IMG/VR virus record: IMGVR_UViG_3300029656_000038
Span: 1 to 6,898 of that record
Origin: a virus
Taxonomy: Duplodnaviria > Heunggongvirae > Uroviricota > Caudoviricetes
Length of the DNA: 6,898 nucleotides
Reading direction: 5' to 3' (one strand)
Part shown: piece by piece, positions 1 to 6,825 of the stretch
Layout: every line of letters starts with the position of its first letter
How positions within the stretch are numbered: the first letter of the stretch is position 1
Translations under genes and position numbers: made by a program
Notes under the pieces: model-generated
The model's database searches: none
What the model was told of the DNA's origin: nothing
Seen by the model: the letters and a program-made list of their open reading frames with translations, nothing else

Positions 1-5
1 CACGA

Positions 6-38
6 ACCGATCTCCATCGATGTTACTCACCGATCTCC
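6..38. repeat. 10-bp direct repeat ACCGATCTCC (6-15 and 29-38) flanking the gene H stop codon
   Basis: Exact 10/10 match read directly from the sequence. It coincides with the point where similarity to P2 H ends. Confidence 0.5.
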
Positions 39-355
39 TTCACGGTAATACGCAGCGTTCCCGCATCATCGTACAGGCCAAGCTCACGCATCCAGAAACC
101 GCCCACCTCCGGCGGAATAACCAGCTCTGCGATAATATAATTACTGTTTCGTTTGTCCTGGCTGATTTTATTCAGCGCATGTCGCCAGACTTTATGGATA
201 AGCCCGGTCTGTCCGGCATCCGGGACAGGCAATTTACCACCGCCATCCCCGACGGCCATCGTGGTAATGTTGACCTTCCGCCCTCCCGGCGTGGTTGCCG
301 CTGCCAGCTTTGCTGCACCGGCAGTGGTGATAACGGTTCTGAATTTTGTGCTCAT
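23..355 (-). CDS. H: Tail fibre protein gpH, N-terminal 110-aa fragment; appears truncated relative to the ~670-aa P2 protein
   Basis: Translation starts MSTKFRTVITTAGAAKLAAAT..., which I recognise as the conserved N-terminus of P2 gpH. The ORF ends at a TAA at 23-25 after ...GTLRITVKEIGE; as I recall P2 H, it continues past GTL for several hundred residues. Sits immediately downstream of gene I, as in P2. Confidence 0.75.
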   Translation of the reverse strand: MSTKFRTVITTAGAAKLAAATTPGGRKVNITTMAVGDGGGKLPVPDAGQTGLIHKVWRHALNKISQDKRNSNYIIAELVIPPEVGGFWMRELGLYDDAGTLRITVKEIGE

Positions 356-365
356 TATTCCTCAC

Positions 366-896
366 TTATCCGGGGTAAACCGTAATTACATCGCCGTCAT
401 AAGCCACACCACCGGCGAACAGGTAGCCGGGAATGTCCCGGGTAATGTTCAGACCAATAAGGTGACGGCTTGCAGGTTTGGCATCAGCAATCAGCCGTTC
501 CATTTCCTGATACATTGCCTCTGTGATACCGCTTTCCAGTACACCAATATCAAGGCGGAAGGTGCCGGGCGGGTCACTGTTTTCCCACCACTCCGTCACG
601 TTGATGAGATAGCCGAGCGGCTCCACCACACGCCGGATTGCGCCGATAGTGCCTTTATGACAGTGGATGAAATAGGCATCGCGGATAACGGCGCGTTTTG
701 TCGCTTCCGGCCACTTTTCATCCCACCTGTCGACCGAAAACGCCCACGCCAGCCACGGCAGCAAATTTGCCGGGCAGGTGTCCGGGTTCCACAGCTCACG
801 AATCCTGACCGGCGTTTTTTCAATTTCCGCACAGGCTTTTGCGGCAGCAACTTCAAGCGGTGATGAGCCGGTCGGCAGCAGTCGCGAATCACTCAT
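366..896 (-). CDS. I: Baseplate assembly protein gpI
   Basis: 176-aa ORF (MSDSRLLPTGSSPLEVAAAKACAEIEK...) matching P2 gpI in sequence as recalled and in length; overlaps the gene J stop by 8 bp. Confidence 0.9.
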   Translation of the reverse strand: MSDSRLLPTGSSPLEVAAAKACAEIEKTPVRIRELWNPDTCPANLLPWLAWAFSVDRWDEKWPEATKRAVIRDAYFIHCHKGTIGAIRRVVEPLGYLINVTEWWENSDPPGTFRLDIGVLESGITEAMYQEMERLIADAKPASRHLIGLNITRDIPGYLFAGGVAYDGDVITVYPG

Positions 897-1797
897 CCGA
901 GCCTCCGGTCACGACGCGGTATTCGGTGCAGAAAGACGCCTGCGTACTGTTGAGCACGATGTCGGCCAGTGGTGCGGCCAGCTCGACACGCTGCACGCCT
1001 TCCACATGCAAAGCGGCATAAATGGCAGACAGACGGATGTCGCGCCCCAGCCGGTGCTGTGCCGTGATGTACGCTTCCAGTTTTTTCACGGCAGCAGCGC
1101 GGATGGGTTCGCTTTCGGGACCAGGGTAAAGGTAAAGCGTGGCGTTTATCTGGTATTCAACGATGGCGGCAGACTGCACGGTCACGCGGTCGGCCACCGG
1201 CCTGACGTCCTCACCATTAAGGGCGTTACGCACCACGGCCAGCAGGTCTTCGGATGCCACACCGTTATTTTCACGTGACAGCACAGAGATGGTGACGCAG
1301 GCCGGAGACGGACTGGTGACAGAGATATCCGCGACGCGCCCGTCGGCACTGCGACCATGATACTGATAGGCACCCACCGACCCGGCGACGCTTAAGCCCT
1401 CAAACGCCTGCTGAATACGCAGACGATAATCGGTGTCAGACTCCATCACTGCCGGTGTCGGCGGGATAGTCGAATCATCTGCCGGGGTGATAATCAGGCG
1501 CGTGGTGTTGTAATTGGCACCAATCACATCAAGGTCATTACCCGCGGCACAGGCCAGCATCACCGCCCGTGCGGCCTCATTCACACGCTGACGCCAGATA
1601 AGCTCACGATAAGCATTTTCCTCCAGCAGTTTGACGAGAGGCTCGGATTCCAGCGTCAGGGTACGGGCGACCGCCTCCTGCTGGTCTTCCGGGTAAAGGG
1701 AAATCAGTGTCGCCTTGCGTTCGGCAAGAATGGTTTCAAAGTCCAGCTCCTCGACCACATCCGGTGCAGGTAGCTGGTTCAGGTCGATAATCGGCAT
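889..1797 (-). CDS. J: Baseplate assembly protein gpJ
   Basis: 302-aa ORF (MPIIDLNQLPAPDVVEELDFETILAERK...) matching P2 gpJ in sequence and length; follows W as in P2. Confidence 0.9.
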   Translation of the reverse strand: MPIIDLNQLPAPDVVEELDFETILAERKATLISLYPEDQQEAVARTLTLESEPLVKLLEENAYRELIWRQRVNEAARAVMLACAAGNDLDVIGANYNTTRLIITPADDSTIPPTPAVMESDTDYRLRIQQAFEGLSVAGSVGAYQYHGRSADGRVADISVTSPSPACVTISVLSRENNGVASEDLLAVVRNALNGEDVRPVADRVTVQSAAIVEYQINATLYLYPGPESEPIRAAAVKKLEAYITAQHRLGRDIRLSAIYAALHVEGVQRVELAAPLADIVLNSTQASFCTEYRVVTGGSDE

Positions 1798-1801
1798 GGT
1801 T

Positions 1802-2149
1802 TCAACTCACAGGGATGGTTAACGAAAGTGGCTGGCCGGTGTCGTTGTGCTGGCCGGTTAACGTAACTGTCATTCGCCCGTCAAAACTGCGCTCAGTGGT
1901 GACGGATGACAGGGTGACGCGGGGTTCCCATTTCAGCACCGCCATGTAACAGGCGACCTTAATCTGCAACTCAAGCGCCGGGGTCTGCGGCTGGTCAATC
2001 ATTGACGCCAGCAACGAGCCGTAATCACGACGCATCACCCGTGAGCCGACCGGTGTGCGCAGGATATCGCCGATACTCTGGCTGATATGCTCAAGGTCAG
2101 TGACAGTCAGGCCATCACTGCGATTCATTCCGAGATAACGCGCTGTCAT
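1802..2149 (-). CDS. W: Baseplate wedge protein gpW (T4 gp25-like)
   Basis: 115-aa ORF (MTARYLGMNRSDGLTVTDLEHISQSIGDIL...) matching P2 gpW; overlaps the V stop by 4 bp. Confidence 0.9.
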   Translation of the reverse strand: MTARYLGMNRSDGLTVTDLEHISQSIGDILRTPVGSRVMRRDYGSLLASMIDQPQTPALELQIKVACYMAVLKWEPRVTLSSVTTERSFDGRMTVTLTGQHNDTGQPLSLTIPVS

Positions 2150-2781
2150 AGAGGGCTCCCGGTTGTGCCGCCGCTGTCGCCGGGGTGTTTATGGGTATGC
2201 AGTACCTTACCGTTTGATGAGAGTTCACCGCCGGTGTGTTCAATGTTGCCGCGCATCGTCCCGCCCTTCTGCACTTCCAGCGTGCCGGTAATCAGCCTGT
2301 TGGTGCAGACCACCTCCGGTGTGTCCAGGGTGACGCGGGTTGATGCTTTCACCATGACCACCGGCACCGTGGCAGTAACAGAATCAGAAGCCGTCACGCT
2401 GGCCGTTTTAATTCCGCTTACCGTGAGTGCACTGGTTTCGGGTTCATACTCAATCACCGCCCCGTCAGGGAAACGGATATGCAGGGCATCCGCCGACGCA
2501 GACGGCGCGGGGTTATCGCCGGAATAAATCCCCGGCAGAACAAACGCCGTGTCAAGTTCACCGCCCACGGCCAGAATCAGCACCTGTTCCCCCACGGACG
2601 GTGCCCACCATGTGCGCGAACGTCCGGCGCGATGGGTCAGCCACTGCAGCCAGTCGGTACACATGCCGCCGGTCTGCACACGGCAGCGACCGGCGTTAAG
2701 GTCGGTTTCGACGATAATGCCGGTGCGGATCATGTTGCGCAGTGCGCGCGCGAGTTCCTGAATATTTGCGAGAGTGTTCAT
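2146..2781 (-). CDS. V: Baseplate central spike protein gpV
   Basis: 211-aa ORF (MNTLANIQELARALRNMIRTGIIVETDLNAGRCRVQTGG...) matching P2 gpV in sequence and length. Confidence 0.9.
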   Translation of the reverse strand: MNTLANIQELARALRNMIRTGIIVETDLNAGRCRVQTGGMCTDWLQWLTHRAGRSRTWWAPSVGEQVLILAVGGELDTAFVLPGIYSGDNPAPSASADALHIRFPDGAVIEYEPETSALTVSGIKTASVTASDSVTATVPVVMVKASTRVTLDTPEVVCTNRLITGTLEVQKGGTMRGNIEHTGGELSSNGKVLHTHKHPGDSGGTTGSPL

Positions 2782-2793
2782 AACGGGAAGGAT

Positions 2794-2815
2794 GCCGCCG
2801 GGTCATACCGGCGGC
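2794..2815 (-). promoter_or_regulatory. GC-rich stem-loop in the S-V intergenic region (8-bp stem GCCGCCGG/CCGGCGGC, 6-nt loop), 12 nt upstream of the V start codon
   Basis: Perfect inverted repeat read directly from the sequence at 2794-2801 and 2808-2815. It lies in the only sizeable intergenic gap (2782-2847) of the block, where the P2 late promoter for the V operon is expected. No U-tract follows, so it is not a canonical intrinsic terminator. Confidence 0.3.
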
Positions 2816-2847
2816 AATGTGACGATGAGGTGTCAGGAATGGCACAA

Positions 2848-3300
2848 CTAACGGTCGAGGTGAGCCAGGATAATCTCTTCAATCATCTGCACATCCTCAC
2901 CGGTAAAGCCGAGCAGAGGACGCGCCGGATAATCAATTTTCTTACCGTCCTTCCGGGTTTCTTCCGACAGACCGAACTGATGCACACTGGCTATTTTCGG
3001 TGACTTCCCGCCGTAAAACTCCATTGATGCCTGTTCAGGGCTGGCGCGGATATGCAAAAAACGACTGGTGATAAGTTTCGCAAACATTTTTCGTTTAACG
3101 CGACCGGTCTTTTTTCTGGCGCTCTGCTGCTGGCGTGGTGCGTAGGGTGTGCCGTCCGGGGCTTTCTGTGCCATCACCCGGCGTTGCTGACTCTGACGCA
3201 GACGTTTCGCCAGTTCGGCGCTCAGTCGCCGACGCCCTGACGGTGACAGCGATTCAATCAGTCCGGTCAGCCGGTCTTCAAAACGCTTAAACTCATTCAT
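2848..3300 (-). CDS. S: Tail completion protein gpS
   Basis: 150-aa ORF (MNEFKRFEDRLTGLIESLSPSGRRRLSAELAKRLRQ...) matching P2 gpS; overlaps the R stop by 8 bp. Confidence 0.9.
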   Translation of the reverse strand: MNEFKRFEDRLTGLIESLSPSGRRRLSAELAKRLRQSQQRRVMAQKAPDGTPYAPRQQQSARKKTGRVKRKMFAKLITSRFLHIRASPEQASMEFYGGKSPKIASVHQFGLSEETRKDGKKIDYPARPLLGFTGEDVQMIEEIILAHLDR

Positions 3301-3760
3301 CCCACTTGCTCACCAGTTCGCCATTGATATAAAGCTCCATCGGGCGGGTGACCGGCTCCGGCGGCGGAGGTTCCGGGATATTCTTCACATGCAGTGCGCC
3401 GTCAACCTCACTGACCAGCGTGCGCTCGGTCAGCATCAGACTGATACTGATATCAAAGCTGCTGTCATTGTTGATGTCTGCATAAAACGTGAAGCCCTTT
3501 TTCTGGCCTGCGTCGGTGGTCATTATGTCGGGCTGATTTTCCCGCAGCCACGCCAGCACCGGCACGATGAGCAGGTCAAAATCACCGGTAAAATCGGTCA
3601 CAATGACATTGAGCGTGTAACGCTTTTCGAATGACAGCGACGTCGCCAGTGTGGAGGCAATACTCCCGTTATCCACGAATATCCGCAGCATCTCGGGGCT
3701 TGTTTTCAGCACCGTGACGGCATCAGTCAGCGCCCTGCGCAGGCTGTCGGGTTTGAGCAT
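3293..3760 (-). CDS. R: Tail completion protein gpR
   Basis: 155-aa ORF (MLKPDSLRRALTDAVTVLKTSPEMLRIFVDNG...) matching P2 gpR in sequence and length. Confidence 0.9.
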   Translation of the reverse strand: MLKPDSLRRALTDAVTVLKTSPEMLRIFVDNGSIASTLATSLSFEKRYTLNVIVTDFTGDFDLLIVPVLAWLRENQPDIMTTDAGQKKGFTFYADINNDSSFDISISLMLTERTLVSEVDGALHVKNIPEPPPPEPVTRPMELYINGELVSKWDE

Positions 3761-4013
3761 CGGTTTCGTCCTGACAGTGTTTAATCATTTTTACCAAGCT
3801 GGCACAGCGTGCCAGCGCGTTCTCAAGCTGCCGGATATCGGCACTTAAATCGCCGTTCGTCTCCGGGTCACTGCCCGGCATCGGGCAAAGGCTCACTTTC
3901 GGGCAGGCGTTGTGGACAATCACTGGCGTCGGCGCAGGCCGGGCGCTGGTGCAACCGGCGCACAGCATCAGGCAGGCCAGCGCCGTACCAGCGGCGAAAA
4001 TCTTCGTTTTCAT
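3723..4013 (-). CDS. lysC: LysC, Rz1-like outer-membrane lipoprotein spanin, nested out of frame in the 3' part of lysB
   Basis: 96-aa ORF (MKTKIFAAGTALACLMLCAGCTSARPAPTPVIVHN...) with a signal peptide, a lipobox-like LCAGC and a Pro-rich mature part; embedded in lysB in another frame, the typical Rz/Rz1 arrangement, matching P2 LysC. Confidence 0.85.
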   Translation of the reverse strand: MKTKIFAAGTALACLMLCAGCTSARPAPTPVIVHNACPKVSLCPMPGSDPETNGDLSADIRQLENALARCASLVKMIKHCQDETDAQTRQPAQGAD

Positions 4014-4293
4014 TCAGTAACCTCGCGATGGTTTTCTCGCGCTGTGCTTCACGCTTCGCGGCGTTCTCCAGTTCCTGACGCAGTGCCACCTGCGCCAGCT
4101 CGTTTTTGTCTGCTCTGGTGAGGGCAACATGAAGCTGATTTTTCAGCATGGTGATGGTCGTCTGCTGCCCGCTGGCGACGCTGTTCGCCCTGTCCAGTGA
4201 GGTGCGCAGGCTGGCATTTTCATGCTTCACCAGAAACAGCCCCGGCACCGCCAGTGATAACAACACAACCAGCACCGTCATCAGCTTTGACAT
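3868..4293 (-). CDS. lysB: LysB, Rz-like inner-membrane spanin
   Basis: 141-aa ORF (MSKLMTVLVVLLSLAVPGLFLVKHENASLRTSLDRANS...) with an N-terminal transmembrane segment followed by a charged, helix-prone region; matches P2 LysB. Confidence 0.9.
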   Translation of the reverse strand: MSKLMTVLVVLLSLAVPGLFLVKHENASLRTSLDRANSVASGQQTTITMLKNQLHVALTRADKNELAQVALRQELENAAKREAQREKTIARLLNENEDFRRWYGAGLPDAVRRLHQRPACADASDCPQRLPESEPLPDAGQ

Positions 4294-4706
4294 GGTTCCC
4301 GCCCCTCAAAACGCTGACGGCAGGCCGTACGTATCAGCCGGAAAAACAGCGACGCCACAAGATAAATCAGCGCAGTAAAAATCCACCCGGCAGCGACCAG
4401 CGAGATAAACGTCGCCACCATCACTACCAGAGCCACTGACCGCCTGCGCCACGGCACCGGCTGCAAAAACAGCGCCGTGACAATCTTCACGGCCAGCGAT
4501 TCCGGCGGCAGCTCCCGCCCGTAGCGTTCCAGCACATACTCAGTGGCATACACGCCGACACCACCGGCAACCACACAGATAACCGTCGCCAGAATTGCCC
4601 AGGCAGCGACAAAACTGACAGCCACGCTCTGCGGGTAAATCAGGGACAGTGCCAGCATCAGCGCCAGCGACACGTTCAGCATCAGTGAAATGGATAATTT
4701 CTTCAT
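4281..4706 (-). CDS. lysA: LysA, multi-pass membrane protein that modulates lysis timing
   Basis: 141-aa hydrophobic ORF (MKKLSISLMLNVSLALMLALSLIYPQSVAVSFVAAWAILATVICVVAGG...) matching P2 LysA; lies between K and lysB as in P2. Confidence 0.88.
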   Translation of the reverse strand: MKKLSISLMLNVSLALMLALSLIYPQSVAVSFVAAWAILATVICVVAGGVGVYATEYVLERYGRELPPESLAVKIVTALFLQPVPWRRRSVALVVMVATFISLVAAGWIFTALIYLVASLFFRLIRTACRQRFEGREPCQS

Positions 4707-4720
4707 GGTGTTTACTCCGT

Positions 4721-5218
4721 TTAAGCCGGTACGCCGCCAGCGGTACGCCAGACGGTGACCAGTTTTTCCAGTGAATGCTCACGCTGACCGTAACCGGCAC
4801 CCGGCAGGGACGCCCAGATATTGCGACAGCGTGAAATGGCGCGCTCAATGCGTCCCGCCCGGATGTCATCCAGTGCACCGCGTTCGCGGATCAACTGAAT
4901 GGCGAGTCTGTCCTGTGATAACGGACTGAAATCCGGCAGGGCAAGCTGTTTGCGGTAGTGCGGCCAGAACAGGTAAAGCTGCTGATAGCGACCGGAGGCC
5001 GTGGATTTTTCACCGCGACGGTTAAACACCTTCGCCGGTCGGCCATGTGCGAACGGGTGGTCACTGTAGTCGGTGAAGATTTCCGGCTTCCCGTCCAGTC
5101 CGGTGACTATCACGTCATAGCCCCGGTTTTTCGTCAGCGGGTGATTCGCCGTCCCTTCGGACACGGCCAGCATGTCGAGAAAGGCCGCGATATTCTGATG
5201 CGTGTTAATAACCGGCAT
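4721..5218 (-). CDS. K: Endolysin gpK (phage lysozyme)
   Basis: 165-aa ORF (MPVINTHQNIAAFLDMLAVSEGTANHPLTKNRGYDVIVTG...) matching P2 gpK; its start overlaps the gene Y stop. Confidence 0.9.
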   Translation of the reverse strand: MPVINTHQNIAAFLDMLAVSEGTANHPLTKNRGYDVIVTGLDGKPEIFTDYSDHPFAHGRPAKVFNRRGEKSTASGRYQQLYLFWPHYRKQLALPDFSPLSQDRLAIQLIRERGALDDIRAGRIERAISRCRNIWASLPGAGYGQREHSLEKLVTVWRTAGGVPA

Positions 5219-5499
5219 TACTGTTTCCCCCTGCCCTTAAAGCGGCGCTGAATGGCAATCTCAATCACCTGATAACCGGCGATACCCAGCATGGAGCCGA
5301 TGCCGCACACCGCAGGCAGTGACAGGTCAGGAAACTGCACCAGAACAACACCGGCAACCATCGAGACAAAACCACCGAGCAACATGCGCCCGATAAACAG
5401 ACGCGGGGTGATGGGTTCACCACCGGCAAGCACCTTGCCGACAACAATCAGCACTCCAATCATGAAAAGCGACAGGACGCTTTTTTCTTCTGCTGTCAT
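5218..5499 (-). CDS. Y: Holin gpY
   Basis: 93-aa ORF (MTAEEKSVLSLFMIGVLIVVGKVLAGGEPITPRLFIG...) with hydrophobic transmembrane segments and a basic C-terminus (RRFKGRGKQ); matches P2 gpY. Confidence 0.9.
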   Translation of the reverse strand: MTAEEKSVLSLFMIGVLIVVGKVLAGGEPITPRLFIGRMLLGGFVSMVAGVVLVQFPDLSLPAVCGIGSMLGIAGYQVIEIAIQRRFKGRGKQ

Positions 5500-5502
5500 G
5501 CG

Positions 5503-5706
5503 TTACTCCCACAGATTGACAGTTTCAGCCACGGGCGCGGTCTGAACGTCGGGCAGTTCGACGGCGGTGCCGTGCGGCAGCACCGCACCCAGTTCAGCCA
5601 GTCCCGGATTTGCGGCGAGCACGGTCTCAACCACGCCCTCAGTGCGCCCGTAATACCGGACACAAATGGCGTCGAGCGTGTCGCCCTGTAGCGCAAAGGT
5701 CTTCAT
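5503..5706 (-). CDS. X: Tail protein gpX
   Basis: 67-aa protein MKTFALQGDTLDAICVRYYGRTEGVVETVLAANPGLAELGAVLPHG... matching P2 gpX. I take the ATG at 5706 as the start rather than the ORF-track start at 5775, because that ATG overlaps the gene L TGA stop (ATGA) and gives the P2 length. Confidence 0.88.
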   Translation of the reverse strand: MKTFALQGDTLDAICVRYYGRTEGVVETVLAANPGLAELGAVLPHGTAVELPDVQTAPVAETVNLWE

Positions 5707-6215
5707 CAGATTTGACTCACGATGCAGCGCGGCTTGTCCTGGATACGCGCCACCGCCCAGCGCATATCCCGCCACAGTTCATCAATGGTGCTGTCAATGC
5801 TGTCGGCCTTCTTGTCGCCTTTCGCACTGGCATCCACGCCGCGGTAACGCTCATAAAGCGACGCGGTCGCCATCGCACACACGGCGCGCTCGTAGTAAAA
5901 AACTTTGATGCTTTCACCGTCGATGTCGTCCGCCGGAACGTCCGCCAGACGCGTAAAACCGGCGGCAATTTTCTGTTCGCGGTACTCGTACAGCTCCGCA
6001 TTCGTCTCCGCCATGCCTGACTTGATGGCCTCACGCAGACGGGCGGGGGCGACGGTCTGCTCAAGGCGCATACGTTCCCGGACGCGCTTCGGGTCGATAT
6101 CGGGAAAAAAGAACGTGTTTTTAATCACCGGCTCGTCGCCTGCCGGTTGCGGGATGACCACCGTACCCTCACCGGACACGGGAGCCTCCTTTCGCGGAAT
6201 AATCAGCGTCATCAT
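5706..6215 (-). CDS. L: Head completion/stabilisation protein gpL
   Basis: 169-aa protein MMTLIIPRKEAPVSGEGTVVIPQPAGDEPVIKNTFFFPDID... matching P2 gpL. The ATG at 6215 is preceded by a GAGGT Shine-Dalgarno; the upstream extension to 6275 would begin at GTG with no ribosome-binding site, so I reject it. Confidence 0.88.
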   Translation of the reverse strand: MMTLIIPRKEAPVSGEGTVVIPQPAGDEPVIKNTFFFPDIDPKRVRERMRLEQTVAPARLREAIKSGMAETNAELYEYREQKIAAGFTRLADVPADDIDGESIKVFYYERAVCAMATASLYERYRGVDASAKGDKKADSIDSTIDELWRDMRWAVARIQDKPRCIVSQI

Positions 6216-6314
6216 GACTACCTCTGAAAAGTCGGGCGGTGGACGCCGGTGCAGTGTCAGGTGATTCACCCTCACTGACCGGCGTGCCGCCCTGGCGCGG
6301 GGCGCATTCGGTTG

Positions 6315-6825
6315 TTAACTGGCTTTCTTTTTCGGGCGTCCACGTTTTGCCGGTGTCACGCTCCGGGTCTTACGCGGGGTACGGGTGGCCGCTTTGGGCT
6401 GCGGCTCCGGCTTCGGTTTCAGCTCCCGCTCCAGTCGTTCAATCTCTTTTTTGACGCCTGCCTGACAGTCGAGCTGTGTCGCACGTTGCAGGTGAGCCAG
6501 CGCACCGGCGGCATCACCACCGTCACGCAGAAACAGACCGGTGATTTTGTGCAGCTTTGCGCGCACTTCATCAGGCATGTCAGCAGCGGCAGTCAGTTCA
6601 AGGGTCTCCGTCAGCAGGCGGGTATCCACAGACTCACCGGCCGCGTGGGCGCGCATGGCCGCAAGCGCTACCTCCTCGGTGAACATGTACGGCGGGGTGC
6701 GGCGGTGTTTACCCGGCATGGTCAGACCGTACTTCAGGGCATAACGGGCAATCTCCAGCGCACCGGCAATATCGCCGGTATCCAGACGCCACAGCATGAC
6801 CGTCATCAGAATGTCATCCTGTGCG
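6315..6825 (-). pseudogene. M: Terminase small (endonuclease) subunit gpM, C-terminal ~169 codons only; 5' end interrupted by a mobile-element insertion
   Basis: Translation AQDDILMTVMLWRLDTGDIAGALEIARYALKYGLTMPGKHRRTPPYMF...KRGRPKKKAS matches the C-terminal two-thirds of P2 gpM (about 247 aa as I recall). Upstream of codon A (6822-6824) the reading frame runs into IS10-end sequence; the native N-terminal ~75 codons are absent from the window. Confidence 0.85.

Noticed and set aside
153-863. 236-aa plus-strand ORF spanning the H/I region
   Set aside because: Entirely antisense to the well-supported minus-strand genes H and I; its translation is low-complexity and Pro/Arg/Ala-rich, typical of GC-rich shadow frames; no ribosome-binding site context.
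778-3003. Several 150-175-aa plus-strand ORFs (778-1278, 2087-2527, 2479-3003) opposite J, V and S
   Set aside because: Each lies wholly within a confidently assigned minus-strand P2 gene and shows no recognisable protein features; long antisense ORFs are expected by chance in GC-rich coding DNA.
5610-6275. Plus-strand ORFs (5610-6020, 5666-5908, 5905-6264) and the minus-strand 115-aa ORF 5717-6064 overlapping gene L
   Set aside because: They are alternative frames of the gpL/gpX coding region with Arg/Cys/Pro-rich translations; the gpL frame is the one that gives the recognised P2 protein.
6216-6314. Possible intrinsic terminator or palindrome (GGTGATTCACC at about 6259-6269) in the M-L spacer
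   Set aside because: The stems are only 4-5 bp and the T-run on the transcribed strand is not preceded by a convincing GC hairpin; insufficient evidence for a terminator or an operator.
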